Source: Promethearchaeia archaeon (GTDB lineage Archaea > Asgardarchaeota > Lokiarchaeia > Sigyniarchaeales > SOKP01). Taken from it: a DNA stretch of 64,000 nucleotides. The notes below the pieces were generated by a model. That model had not been told where the DNA came from, did no database searches, and worked only from the letters and a program-made list of their open reading frames with translations. Position numbers and translations under genes: made by a program. Positions 20,149 through 30,821 of this stretch are shown here, one piece after another. Position 1 is the first letter of the stretch; the number at the start of each line of letters is the position of its first letter. The stretch covers positions 1 through 64,000 of the forward strand of contig JAHQWH010000189.1 of assembly GCA_029856105.1 (NCBI GenBank), read 5' to 3'.

Positions 20149-20814
20149 TTGATAAATTTGGTTAATTTTCTAATACTAATTGAGAAATTCCCTAAATTTT
20201 CTAAAAGCATTATAGATGAAGGAAAAACGCCTATTTATGTGTATAATTTATGTTCTATAATACGGGAATCATTTTGTTTATCTTATTCAATCAGAAAAAG
20301 CAATAACTTATATCTATATTTTGAATCAATTCAACTTCTAATGAAGTATGATGGTAAAAAGTTGAGATTTCTAGGTTCTGATGAGAGATCTCAAGCATTA
20401 CTTTTAAAAAGAGCATTAGAGAAAATAAATGGGAGTGAAAAAGTAAAAACTCAAGAATGGGAAAAATCTACTCCGGGTATTTTTGTTAAGAGATTACCAA
20501 TTTCTGGTTCTATTTTGGAAAATATTGATAATATACTTCATAACAAAATTGTATTTATTACCGAATTTGAAAACAAGAATCTTTATCCTGATGTCATCAA
20601 TTTAGATGATTTAGACGGATTGAGCGAATATTGTTATATTTTTCCTTATTCTCAGAATTTACAGATTTCATTGAGATTTTTACAATTAATTAAAGAAAAC
20701 TACAATTTAAAATACATTAATCTTTCAAACATTAAAGGGATTGAAAATAAAATCTTATATATTAATTTTCGAATTGACCAAAGTAAGGATATTAATAAGG
20801 AAATAGAAAAATGA
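20149..20814 (+). CDS. Divergent TrmY-like (tRNA pseudouridine-54 N1-methyltransferase-like) protein
   Basis: SFCLSYSIRK...LRFLGSDERS...STPGIFV resembles the TrmY N-terminal half. It sits after SRP54. Confidence 0.55.
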   Translation: MINLVNFLILIEKFPKFSKSIIDEGKTPIYVYNLCSIIRESFCLSYSIRKSNNLYLYFESIQLLMKYDGKKLRFLGSDERSQALLLKRALEKINGSEKVKTQEWEKSTPGIFVKRLPISGSILENIDNILHNKIVFITEFENKNLYPDVINLDDLDGLSEYCYIFPYSQNLQISLRFLQLIKENYNLKYINLSNIKGIENKILYINFRIDQSKDINKEIEK

Positions 20815-22199
20815 TTTTAAAAAATGCGCTCATATATATTGATGGTTCGCTTCGGAAGGGAGCTTTATTAATTAATAATGGAACGATTAAATCAGTTGTA
20901 AATGAAAAATCGAAGGAAGACTTAAAGAAAATTCGAAGTCATAACGATGATGGAATAGAGATAGATTGCGGAAAGAGAATGGTTTTACCGGGTATAATCG
21001 ATATTCACTCTCATTTAAGAGATATGGGGCAGAGCGAAAAAGAGACTTTTTTAACAGGAACAGCAGCAGCAGCTTTTTCTGGAATAACAACAGTATTTAA
21101 TATGCCGAATACGATACCTCCTGCTATAAATACTTATCAAGTTAAAAAATGGATGGAAAAAGCACAAAATAACATTTATGTGAATGTGGGGTTTATTGGG
21201 GGTGTTCCAAGAGAATTTAATTTAGATGAAATTATTTCGATTATTGATTTAGGCGTTATTGGATTTAAAATTTATCCGATAGGTTCATTAAATGAGATCG
21301 ATTGGATTAATTACTTAAATATTCAAAAGATTCTTAATATTTCATCTAAATTGCAAATTCCTATATTTATACATCCAGATTGGCCTCTTTCTTCTGAAGA
21401 AATAGATGAAATTTACGAGAATTACACGCTGGAAAAATTTCCAACCTTAGAATTGCATAATAAACTTTACCCCGTTTCTATGGAAGCTAAATACGTGAAT
21501 TTTGTTCTTGAAAATTATTATAAGATTATAGTAGATCTAGATTTAAGCCCGAAAGATTATCCAACCGTCCATTTCTGTCATATAAGTTGCAAGAATAGTT
21601 ATTCTTTAATACAAAAAGCTTTAGATATGAATAATAACTTAAAAATATCCTTCGAAATAACACCACATCATTTATTTTTAACTAATAAAATAAAAATGAG
21701 CAATCCAAATTATGGTAAAGTCTTACCTCCTTTAAGAGAAGAAGAACATTCCTTATATTTATTTAAAGAACTTAAAGAAGGGCATATAAAACTTATAGGT
21801 ACAGATCACGCACCGCACACATTGGAAGAAAAAGGACGAGGATATCTTGATGCACCTTCAGGATTTCCCGGATTTGAAACATATCCGTTAACGCTATTAG
21901 ACAAAGTTTGTAAAGATGAACTCTCTCTTGAAAAATTTGTAAAAATTACTTCAGAAAACCCGGCAAAGATCTTTAACTTAAAGAATAAAGGATTTGTCAA
22001 AGAGGGATACGATGCCGATTTAATTATTGTTGATAAAATTCCAGAATACCCTATTAAATCAAAAAAATTCAAAACAAAAGCTAAATTTTCCCCATTCGAA
22101 GATTACAAAACCGCTGTTCAGATTTGGAAAGTTATTCTAAGAGGTAATGAGGTTAATACCGAAAAATCTGAACCAAATGGTAAAATCATTAGAATGTAA
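20811..22199 (+). CDS. pyrC: Dihydroorotase
   Basis: PGIIDIHSHLRD, MPNT, EITPHHL, TDHAPH, SGFPG. Confidence 0.9.
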   Translation: MILKNALIYIDGSLRKGALLINNGTIKSVVNEKSKEDLKKIRSHNDDGIEIDCGKRMVLPGIIDIHSHLRDMGQSEKETFLTGTAAAAFSGITTVFNMPNTIPPAINTYQVKKWMEKAQNNIYVNVGFIGGVPREFNLDEIISIIDLGVIGFKIYPIGSLNEIDWINYLNIQKILNISSKLQIPIFIHPDWPLSSEEIDEIYENYTLEKFPTLELHNKLYPVSMEAKYVNFVLENYYKIIVDLDLSPKDYPTVHFCHISCKNSYSLIQKALDMNNNLKISFEITPHHLFLTNKIKMSNPNYGKVLPPLREEEHSLYLFKELKEGHIKLIGTDHAPHTLEEKGRGYLDAPSGFPGFETYPLTLLDKVCKDELSLEKFVKITSENPAKIFNLKNKGFVKEGYDADLIIVDKIPEYPIKSKKFKTKAKFSPFEDYKTAVQIWKVILRGNEVNTEKSEPNGKIIRM

Positions 22200-22257
22200 A
22201 ATATAAATGTGTGAAGAATATAATTATATAATAATAATTCTGTCTTGAGTAGAAATT

Positions 22258-22896
22258 ATGACCGATGAGAACTCTTTTACTTTAGAAGATGGTATATCAT
22301 TAATAAGATTTGCTCGAGACAATATTGAATTTTTCCTTAAAAACGATCGAAGGATACCCATTCCAGATGACATTAAAAATAAATTTTCAGAGAAATATGG
22401 AGCATTTGTCACTTTAAATACAGTAAATGAGCCAAACAACCATTTACGAGGCTGTATAGGTTATATTGAACCAACTTTTCCATTATATGATGTAATTCAT
22501 AGAGTTTCAATTAGTTCAGCAATTGAGGATCCGCGTTTTCCATCTGTTTCACTCGAGGAAATGAACGATATTGTTATTGAGCTTTCTATATTAACACCTC
22601 CTAAATTGATCAAAGTAAATCATCCAAAAGATTATTTTGATAAAATTGTTATCGGGAGAGATGGACTTATAGCTGAAAAAGGTATGAGAAGGGGATTACT
22701 TCTTCCTCAAGTACCAATTGACCATGGGAGAGAATGGGATGTAGAAACATTCTTAGGTCATACTTGCGCTAAAGCATGGCTCTCAAATGACGCTTGGAAA
22801 GATAATAAAACAAAAATTTTTTCATTTCAAGCTATTCTGTTTGAAGAAAAAGAACCAAGGGGAGAAATTATTAGGAAATATCTCACTCCACACTAA
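22258..22896 (+). CDS. AMMECR1-domain protein
   Basis: GAFVTL, LRGCIG, DPRF, GLLLPQV. Confidence 0.93.
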   Translation: MTDENSFTLEDGISLIRFARDNIEFFLKNDRRIPIPDDIKNKFSEKYGAFVTLNTVNEPNNHLRGCIGYIEPTFPLYDVIHRVSISSAIEDPRFPSVSLEEMNDIVIELSILTPPKLIKVNHPKDYFDKIVIGRDGLIAEKGMRRGLLLPQVPIDHGREWDVETFLGHTCAKAWLSNDAWKDNKTKIFSFQAILFEEKEPRGEIIRKYLTPH

Positions 22897-22921
22897 AATT
22901 TACTTAAAGATAGTGAGCATT

Positions 22922-24433
22922 GTGGAAAATAATGAAAATAAGATAATAACAATTGACATTTCATCTAATTCTGTAAAGATTGGGTTAGTTTCAGAACAAT
23001 TAAAATTAGAAATTACCGATTCTCAAAATATTAATGTAATCAATGAAGATCTCGATGGTTTTGCTAAAAGATTTGATATGGATGACTTATGGAACAAAGT
23101 AAATAACGGAATAAATCGTATTTTGAAAAATTACAAATCAGTCGTTAATATTATTGGAATCTCTTCTTGTACTCAAAGAATAGCTACGGTTTTTTTGGAT
23201 AATTCAGGTGATGTAATCTATGGGGGGCCTAATATAGATATACGGGGGATAGATTCTGCGTATATGATAGATGATGAATTTTCAGAAAGAGATTTGTTTG
23301 AAATAACTGGTCATAGTCCTCCTTTATTATTTTGTCTAGCACGCTTATTATGGTTCAAAGAAGAAGAGGAAGAAACATATGAAAAAATAAATAAAGTATT
23401 AATGTTAGATGATTGGTTGGTTTATCGTCTTACTGGAAACTATGTTTCTGATTTATCATCAGCTGCTGAATCTCAGATATTAGATATAAAGAAGAGAGAA
23501 TGGAGTTCGGAAATAATTCAAACTTTTGATTTTGATCCAGATTTCTTTCCTGAAATCGTGGAATCTGGGACGATCGTTGGCGAATTAAAACCTGAATTAG
23601 CAAAAAGTTTCAACCTTAGCCAAAATAATATTCCTGTTATAAAAACAGGTGGTGATACGCAAGCGACATTATTAGGCATGGGTATTATTGAAGATGGAGA
23701 TATTGGAATTAGTTTAGGCACAACCGCCCCAGTTCATCTCGTCGTAAATAAACCTATTTTTGATCCCAATAATAATTATTGGACATCGTGCCACTCAATA
23801 AAGGGTAAATGGTTAGTTGAAGGCCACGCAGGTAACACTGGTGCCGCGTATAATTGGTTTAAAGAATGCTTTTTATCAAGTTTAACTAATAATTCAGATT
23901 ATTCGATAGAGCAATATTTAAAGAACTCAACGCCAGGGGCTTTTTCTACTTTTGCATTCTTAGGACCCGAAAAAATGAATATTAAAAACCAAACTTCTAT
24001 TAAAAGAGGTGTATTTGTTTTTCAACCGCCTACAATGATCTCTGAAGAACTTCCTAAAATAGAAGATTTTGCTAGAAGCGTTTTAGAAAATATAGCGTTT
24101 GGTATATTCGAAAATTATCAAGCAATAAAGGGGTTTACTGATTTAAGTACAAGAACTTATTGTGCTGGTGGCATGGCCAAATCAGAAGGATTTTGTAAAA
24201 TATTAGCTAGTGTTTTAAACACCGAAATATCAGTTCCATATACTAAAGACTCAGCTTTTATTGGAGTAGCGATGAATACATTAAAAGGTTTAAATTACTA
24301 CTCGGATTATAGATCTATGATAAAAAACCTCTTGACTTATGAAAAAAATTTCAGCAATCCTACTAACTCAGATAATTACAAAAATATATATCTCGAATGG
24401 AAGAATTTAAAAAATAAAATCGACGATCTGTAA
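22922..24433 (+). CDS. FGGY-family carbohydrate kinase
   Basis: GGDTQA, SLGTT, CAGGMAKS. The probable start is GTG at 22922 after GTGAG. The first phosphate loop is divergent (DISSNSVK). Confidence 0.85.
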   Translation: MENNENKIITIDISSNSVKIGLVSEQLKLEITDSQNINVINEDLDGFAKRFDMDDLWNKVNNGINRILKNYKSVVNIIGISSCTQRIATVFLDNSGDVIYGGPNIDIRGIDSAYMIDDEFSERDLFEITGHSPPLLFCLARLLWFKEEEEETYEKINKVLMLDDWLVYRLTGNYVSDLSSAAESQILDIKKREWSSEIIQTFDFDPDFFPEIVESGTIVGELKPELAKSFNLSQNNIPVIKTGGDTQATLLGMGIIEDGDIGISLGTTAPVHLVVNKPIFDPNNNYWTSCHSIKGKWLVEGHAGNTGAAYNWFKECFLSSLTNNSDYSIEQYLKNSTPGAFSTFAFLGPEKMNIKNQTSIKRGVFVFQPPTMISEELPKIEDFARSVLENIAFGIFENYQAIKGFTDLSTRTYCAGGMAKSEGFCKILASVLNTEISVPYTKDSAFIGVAMNTLKGLNYYSDYRSMIKNLLTYEKNFSNPTNSDNYKNIYLEWKNLKNKIDDL

Positions 24434-24511
24434 TTTAATTATTATATTTTTATAAACGAAAGTTAATTAATTAATTCAAGAAAAGTTTTCTTAATTTTGA
24501 GGTGTAAGAAA

Positions 24512-24862
24512 TTGTCAAAGTTTGATAGCATAGAATCTTGTTTAAAGGAAATTGAAAATCGCTATATAAATACTGAAAAAGTGCGGAAGAAGTTAGCTAA
24601 TTATGATGAACCCATACAAATAAGGTTTTTAGACACAAATAGGAGCGTCTTACTTTTAGTAAATAAGGATCAAGGCATTGAAGTAAAGGATAATGTTAGC
24701 GATGAAAATGCTCCTGTTAAAATTGATTTTGTTACGGAAAATACAATGCTGGAGTTATTCAATAAAGAGCTTGGCGCAGTTAAAGCATATTCTTCGGGAA
24801 AGATAAAGGTTATGGAAGGAAAAATTAAAAATTTAATGAAACTTAAAAGTTTAATGTTTTAA
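24512..24862 (+). CDS. SCP2 sterol/lipid-binding domain protein
   Basis: AVKAYSSGKIKVMEG...LMKL signature. TTG start after GAGGTG. Confidence 0.75.
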   Translation: MSKFDSIESCLKEIENRYINTEKVRKKLANYDEPIQIRFLDTNRSVLLLVNKDQGIEVKDNVSDENAPVKIDFVTENTMLELFNKELGAVKAYSSGKIKVMEGKIKNLMKLKSLMF

Positions 24863-24946
24863 AAAAATTATTCATTTTTTTATGGATTTTAAATTCTTAT
24901 TACATATTATTATTTAGTTTATATAATATTATTGAGTTGAGAAGTT

Positions 24947-26629
24947 ATGAGAGCATTTATTACTGCAAGTATATCTGATGATGTTTTAAAAGAATTAAAA
25001 AAGAAAATGGATGTCACTTATGAGAGTTGGAGAGATACAGGAAATATTTATTTTGATGTCAAAGAAATGGTTGAAAAATTAAAAGGTTATGATATTTTTA
25101 TAACGGCCGCAGACGATTTAAAAAAAGCTGAATTATTTGAACAGACTAGCTTAAAATTGATTGTGTCTTGCCGGGGGGACCCATTTAACATCGATTTAGA
25201 TGCTGCTACTAAAAATAACATTCCTGTGATTTATACTCCTCTTAGGAATGTCGTTGCTGTTGCTGAATTGACAGTTGGACTAATCGTTTCAATGGCAAGA
25301 AAATTGATAAAGCTAGATCGATTTTTACACAGTGATGAATTTGAAGTTATCGATTTCGAAGATTGGATAAAATACTATAATAGATTTATGGGAAATGAGT
25401 TATTAAACAAGAATATTGGTATTATTGGTTTTGGTCAGATCGGTAGACAAGTTGCTGATCGTTTAAAACCATTTGGAGTAAAATTTCTTATTTATGATCC
25501 ATTTGTTTCTAACGAAATTATTGAAAATTATGGTAGTAAAATAGATATAGATTCGTTAATGAAAGAATCCGACTTTATAACCATTCACGCTGTTGCAACT
25601 GATGAAAATGATAATCTTATTAACGAAGAACGAATAACAATGATGAAAAGTACGGCATATTTAATTAATTTAGCTAAAGGAAGTCTTGTAGATTATGAAA
25701 AGTTATACGATGCTCTAAAAAGCAATAATATTGCGGGAGCTGCTTTAGATGTCTTTCCTTTAGAGCCTATCGATGAAGATAATGAATTTTTAGAATTAGA
25801 AAATGTTATAGTAATGCCTCATATTGGAGGAAATACCGTTGAAGTAATTAATAGACAATCAAATATGTTACTGAAAGATATAACAATTTGGTTAGATAAA
25901 GGTATTCCTTCACATATCTTGAATCCCGAAGTTTTCGAAGGATTTAAAGAAAAAAATAAGTTTTTAGACCAGCCAATCAATAAACTAAAGAAAGAAATTG
26001 TTAGGACTTGTAAGAGATTATTAAATGATGGGCATGTGATAGGATCAGCGGGAAATGTGAGTATTAGAGTTAAAAGTGGAGACGATGAATATGTTTTAAT
26101 CACCCCTAGTAACGTAAATTATGAAGAAATGGAACCAGATGATATTTTAATAATTAATCTTGAGGGAAAAGTAGTAGAAGGAGAAAGAAACCCTTCAGTA
26201 GAAAAACACCTACATTTAGGCATTTACAAAGAACGTGAAGATGTTAACGCAATAATTCACTCACATGGTATTTACTCAACTATACTTAGTACGCTCAAGT
26301 TATCGTTACCTCCCGCAATGGAAGAACTTGTTCCCTATTTAGGAGGTGAGGTTGTGTGTGCCGAATATGGAGAAGCAGGTAGTGAAGAATTAGCAGATAA
26401 TGTAAAGAAAAGTTTAGAAGAACGAAACGCAGTAATACTCGCAAATCACGGAAGTTTATGTTGTGGAAGTCATTTGGAAGGAGCTTATACTGTTTTACAA
26501 TACTTAGAAAGAGGATCTAAAATCTATTATCTTGCTAAACTAATTAAGGAGCCATACCTTTTACCCGAAGATGTAATTGATTATGAAATGGATATCTTTG
26601 ATATTTTCAAAGATTCGAAAAAAATTTAG
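24947..26629 (+). CDS. Fusion: D-2-hydroxyacid dehydrogenase + class II aldolase
   Basis: GIIGFGQIG, LDVFPLEP, PHIGG; then GSAGNVS, PSVEKHLH, HSH, NHG. Confidence 0.9.
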   Translation: MRAFITASISDDVLKELKKKMDVTYESWRDTGNIYFDVKEMVEKLKGYDIFITAADDLKKAELFEQTSLKLIVSCRGDPFNIDLDAATKNNIPVIYTPLRNVVAVAELTVGLIVSMARKLIKLDRFLHSDEFEVIDFEDWIKYYNRFMGNELLNKNIGIIGFGQIGRQVADRLKPFGVKFLIYDPFVSNEIIENYGSKIDIDSLMKESDFITIHAVATDENDNLINEERITMMKSTAYLINLAKGSLVDYEKLYDALKSNNIAGAALDVFPLEPIDEDNEFLELENVIVMPHIGGNTVEVINRQSNMLLKDITIWLDKGIPSHILNPEVFEGFKEKNKFLDQPINKLKKEIVRTCKRLLNDGHVIGSAGNVSIRVKSGDDEYVLITPSNVNYEEMEPDDILIINLEGKVVEGERNPSVEKHLHLGIYKEREDVNAIIHSHGIYSTILSTLKLSLPPAMEELVPYLGGEVVCAEYGEAGSEELADNVKKSLEERNAVILANHGSLCCGSHLEGAYTVLQYLERGSKIYYLAKLIKEPYLLPEDVIDYEMDIFDIFKDSKKI

Positions 26630-26877
26630 TTGCCTAAAATCCGTCATTAAATTCGTCTTTATGTATTTTTTAGTAATTTTATTATAAAAAAAATTTATTA
26701 ACTTTATTAATCTGAAACTCATAATTAAAAATATATCATTTGATGTTACTTTGAAAGAAAAATTGTAAAATTACAGGGACAGAGGGAAGTGAGAAATTCA
26801 ATATGACTAAAAACATTAAATCAGTATAATTAAAAAATTTACAATTTCAAATAATTTTTCGAAATGAGGATATCAGT

Positions 26878-28959
26878 ATGACTAAAATCCGTGGTGTTAT
26901 TGTTCCATCACTCACATTTTTTAATGAAGATTTAGAGGTTAATACTGAGCTTCATTCATTACTAACTCGTCATCTACTCGTGAATGGAGCGGATTCAATT
27001 TATTTATTTGGGACTAAAGGTGCTGGGTTTTATTTCTCAGATAAATTAGAAGAAAAAATTAAATTGATAAATTTAACATTAGAAGTCACTGGTAAAAAAA
27101 CTCCGTTAATTGTAGGAATATTTGGAAATAATAAGGATCGAATAATCGACCAATTAGAGGAGTTAGGAAAAAAATTTGGTAAACTTAATTTTATAATAGC
27201 CCCACCTTATTTAGAAAAAATTGAAGACATTAATTCCTATTTCGAATACATTTTAGGAACCGTTAACATCGATAACCATATTTACATCCACAATAATCGT
27301 GAGAAATTTGCTGGAAATGAAATTAACCCTTCTATTGTTAAGGAATTGATTGTTTATGATAATTTTTCTGGATTTATTGACTCTTGTGATAACATAAATT
27401 ATTGCAAATCATATATAAAACTAATAAATGAAAACTTTTCATTATTGTGTGAGAACGAGGAAACTTTTCAGAAATTCCTTCAACTAGTTCCTTTAGATCT
27501 AAGAAAATATGTTGGAATTGTTCCTTGTGTTAGCAATTTAGTTAATTTAAGTTCAAAGTTATATTTTTGTGCAATTGAGGAAAAGATTTTAGAGTTACAC
27601 CAACTTCAAGAACAAATAAATGATATTAGAAATAAATTGTACGATATTAAAGCTCAAGATGGAAAAGAACAAAGAGGTTTGAAATACGCGTTTTTATATT
27701 TATATAAAAATTTTTCACCAAATTTAATAGAAGATTTAAATATTTTAAGTCCAAATTTAAAAGGGAACCTCGATGAAATCACAAAAGAAAGAATAGAAGC
27801 ATATGTGAACTATTTGATAAACCAAAAGCATATTTATCAATTATATTCCTTAGGGAAAGATAATATATATCAATTAGATGATATGATAAACATATTTTCT
27901 AATGTAGAAGTCCTCCTTTCTCAAGGTAACATAAAGAAGGTTATTGGTCCTTTCGATGCTGATATAAACACTATATACAGAGTAAATTTTGAAAAGAGTC
28001 AGTTAATCTTCAAATTCCGGACTTTAAAATCTTTTCAATATGAAAACATTGTAAAAGAAAAACTTCTATTTCCTTTCCTAGACGGGTCGTTAAATTCCAA
28101 TTCCTTTGATCTTAGAGAAAAAATAAAGAAAATCGTTTCGATCAGGAAAGGAGAATACCAATTTAGTAGCGATAAACCCCCTATTGTACCAGTAGCAAAT
28201 TTAGTTTATTTTGATGAAACTAAAGAAGTTATTCCATATATTTTTACTATACAAGAATATGTCCACGGCAAGTCTTTAAAAGATTTGTTTAATCAATATA
28301 GTAAAGAGGATTTAAGCTTTTCCAAGTCTAAATTCTTAACTTTATTTAATAATTTAGGAGAACTTTTAGGAAAATTGCATACAATATCTTTTGATTCATT
28401 CCAAGAGCATATTTATAATATAGGTAAAATGTCAAAAATTAATTGGTTAGAACTTATTATTTCAGAATTTGAAATAGAGAGCCAAGAAGCAAGTAGAAAA
28501 AAACTTGATTATTATAATGAAATAAAGACATTTTTAAAGGATAACATATCTTTATTAGAAGAAGAGAACGAACCAGTTGTACTTCATAACGATTTTCAAT
28601 GGACAAATCTAATAGTAAAAGATTCCCCTAATAAAATCCAGATAAATGGGATTATAGATTTTGATAATTGGCGAGTTGGTGTTAGGGCACAAGACTTTGT
28701 AAAAATGGAATATTATACGTTAAAACCTATAAATAATAGTGGTATTAGAGAATCTTTTTATAAAGGTTATAAGAAAAAATTTATTATTGGGCAAGATTTT
28801 TTCAAAAAACTCGATATTTACTCATTATTATGGTTTTTAAAGAATTATAATTCATCATATGGTAATTTAGCCAATTTAAAAGGTTCTAACTCAATATATG
28901 AAAGATATAAATTAATTAATTCGTATGCTAAAGAAATAGAAAGAATTATTAATTCCTAA
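26878..28959 (+). CDS. Fusion: DHDPS/NAL-like TIM barrel + aminoglycoside-phosphotransferase-like kinase
   Basis: N-terminus has GVIVPSLTFF, LFGTKG and APPY. C-terminus has LGKLH, HNDFQWTN and IIDFD. Confidence 0.8.
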   Translation: MTKIRGVIVPSLTFFNEDLEVNTELHSLLTRHLLVNGADSIYLFGTKGAGFYFSDKLEEKIKLINLTLEVTGKKTPLIVGIFGNNKDRIIDQLEELGKKFGKLNFIIAPPYLEKIEDINSYFEYILGTVNIDNHIYIHNNREKFAGNEINPSIVKELIVYDNFSGFIDSCDNINYCKSYIKLINENFSLLCENEETFQKFLQLVPLDLRKYVGIVPCVSNLVNLSSKLYFCAIEEKILELHQLQEQINDIRNKLYDIKAQDGKEQRGLKYAFLYLYKNFSPNLIEDLNILSPNLKGNLDEITKERIEAYVNYLINQKHIYQLYSLGKDNIYQLDDMINIFSNVEVLLSQGNIKKVIGPFDADINTIYRVNFEKSQLIFKFRTLKSFQYENIVKEKLLFPFLDGSLNSNSFDLREKIKKIVSIRKGEYQFSSDKPPIVPVANLVYFDETKEVIPYIFTIQEYVHGKSLKDLFNQYSKEDLSFSKSKFLTLFNNLGELLGKLHTISFDSFQEHIYNIGKMSKINWLELIISEFEIESQEASRKKLDYYNEIKTFLKDNISLLEEENEPVVLHNDFQWTNLIVKDSPNKIQINGIIDFDNWRVGVRAQDFVKMEYYTLKPINNSGIRESFYKGYKKKFIIGQDFFKKLDIYSLLWFLKNYNSSYGNLANLKGSNSIYERYKLINSYAKEIERIINS

Positions 28960-28961
28960 AC

Positions 28962-29315
28962 TTATTCATAGAGAACACATGCCAGTAAAGTAAATTTCCA
29001 AGGTGCTTTATCACTACCGTAAACCAGAGATTTAACTTCCTCAGAAGGTTCGATTCCGGAATAATCACTAAATACTTTCCAGGCAATTTTACCAATAGCG
29101 TCATGATCTTCCAGAATTGTTTCAAAATTTTGTTTAATTCCCGCCCAATATATTTTTCTTGAATCTATAATTTCCTTTAGTTTTGGTAACTCAACTAAAC
29201 CTTCTAGTACGAGGTTTTCAGAAACAAATGAGAAAAATTCACTAAATTTTTTTGAAACTTCATCTGGAGCACCTAAATTTCTATCGTATAAAAACACAAG
29301 ACCAATCGATTTCAT
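28962..29315 (-). CDS. Hypothetical protein
   Basis: 117-aa ORF with a GGTGA RBS upstream. Confidence 0.7.
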   Translation of the reverse strand: MKSIGLVFLYDRNLGAPDEVSKKFSEFFSFVSENLVLEGLVELPKLKEIIDSRKIYWAGIKQNFETILEDHDAIGKIAWKVFSDYSGIEPSEEVKSLVYGSDKAPWKFTLLACVLYE

Positions 29316-29477
29316 TTTTTTAAATTCACCAATTCATCGAGTTAATTATCTTTATTATAAGTTTAGATTATATTCCATAAAAGATTAAACATATTCGCAT
29401 TATAATTATAAATTATGGAAGAATTAATAAATAGATATAATGAAAGTTATTCGATTGAGTAGCTATTAGAAAATTGC

Positions 29478-29888
29478 TCACCAAAAAGCATCTTGGAATT
29501 TTTTAATCGTTCCTTCTAAGCTATCTTCAATTTCTTTTTCAAAATTCATAAAAACGCTTACATCATTATCCCAATTAAGCAGAATGTCCTCTGAGTATAG
29601 GTCGAAAAATTTGCTAGCAATAAATAACAATTCTTGCATAACTTTTTTTTCTTTTACTTTTTTCGCAGAATTTGCTATAAATAGTATTTCATTTTTTTTT
29701 AACAGAGTATATCGTTTATCTTGTAATTCAAAATTAGATAACCCTTTATTAACAAGTTCTTCAGCAAATGAATTTAATGCGGCCATTAACCCACCAAAAA
29801 GTTGGTCGTCCATATTTTCGTCAAATCTGCGATGATAAAGAACGATTCCAGATTCGGTTAGAACCCAAATATCTTGTAATACTTTAAT
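29478..29888 (-). CDS. Longin-like domain protein (probable ATT start)
   Basis: The frame extends upstream to (I)KVLQDIWVLTESGIVLYHRRF...DDQLFGGLMAALNSFAEEL, a typical longin beta-beta-alpha start. Confidence 0.7.
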   Translation of the reverse strand: MKVLQDIWVLTESGIVLYHRRFDENMDDQLFGGLMAALNSFAEELVNKGLSNFELQDKRYTLLKKNEILFIANSAKKVKEKKVMQELLFIASKFFDLYSEDILLNWDNDVSVFMNFEKEIEDSLEGTIKKFQDAFW

Positions 29889-29962
29889 GGGTAATCATCA
29901 CATCCAAATTCAAATGTTAGTCTTTTTATAATATAATAAGAAAAAAAAGGTTTAAATTTAAT

Positions 29963-30706
29963 CTATTTTTCGCTTTTTGGTCTAATGTATCCAAAGTAAG
30001 CGCCTAAAATGGCAAAAATAACAAAAATCCAGGCTAAAAAGTAGAATAACGAAAATCCCGGTCCTCCTGCTAAAATAAGTATTCGATCAATTAAAAAGCT
30101 TAATGGTACAAGAATAAAGAATATAGCCATTATTGCTAAAGATAAAAAGGCTGTTTTAAAAACCTTGTTATCTGTCCCTTTATAAGATTTAAAGGATTCA
30201 ATGAAAAAGGGTATGTAAATTAATGCCATAAATATGAAAATAAATAGAAAAGCGTAAACATCGTATAGCGTATTTCCTCTCTGATATACAAATAAAGCAA
30301 ATCCTGCGGTAAAAATCGCATAAAGTGTTATGATAATTCTCAAAACCTTATTGTATCCTTTTCCGAAAACTTTTACTTTGAAAATGTACGAGAGATAGAT
30401 ACCAATAGACAAGAAAACAAAACTCATTCTAAAATCAATTATTCTAAGTAGAATCCACGACAAAGGTGTACCAGGATCTGGAAGGATGGAGTTATATACA
30501 TAATCGATTCCAGAATATAGTATAAAAACCTTCGATAACCAAGAAAATACAATTGCAATTATGTAGCTTAGGAAAATTAAGAAGAGATACAAAGTTAACT
30601 GGTGTTTCTTTTCGTAATATTTCATTAGGATTAAGACTAGAAAAATCAATGCTATTAAAATAATGAAAGTCTCAAAAACCATCCCAACGAATTGTATGTC
30701 AGTCAT
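29963..30706 (-). CDS. 7-TM membrane protein
   Basis: Seven hydrophobic segments and no catalytic motif recognised. Confidence 0.7.
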   Translation of the reverse strand: MTDIQFVGMVFETFIILIALIFLVLILMKYYEKKHQLTLYLFLIFLSYIIAIVFSWLSKVFILYSGIDYVYNSILPDPGTPLSWILLRIIDFRMSFVFLSIGIYLSYIFKVKVFGKGYNKVLRIIITLYAIFTAGFALFVYQRGNTLYDVYAFLFIFIFMALIYIPFFIESFKSYKGTDNKVFKTAFLSLAIMAIFFILVPLSFLIDRILILAGGPGFSLFYFLAWIFVIFAILGAYFGYIRPKSEK

Positions 30707-30821
30707 ATAAATTATTAAAAAGTAGAAGTATTTATATTTTAAGATTCTAAGAAATAAATCTGATTGATGAATATGATAATAAAATCAAGCAAAATCATAA
30801 AAAGTAGTTAAAAAATTCGAA

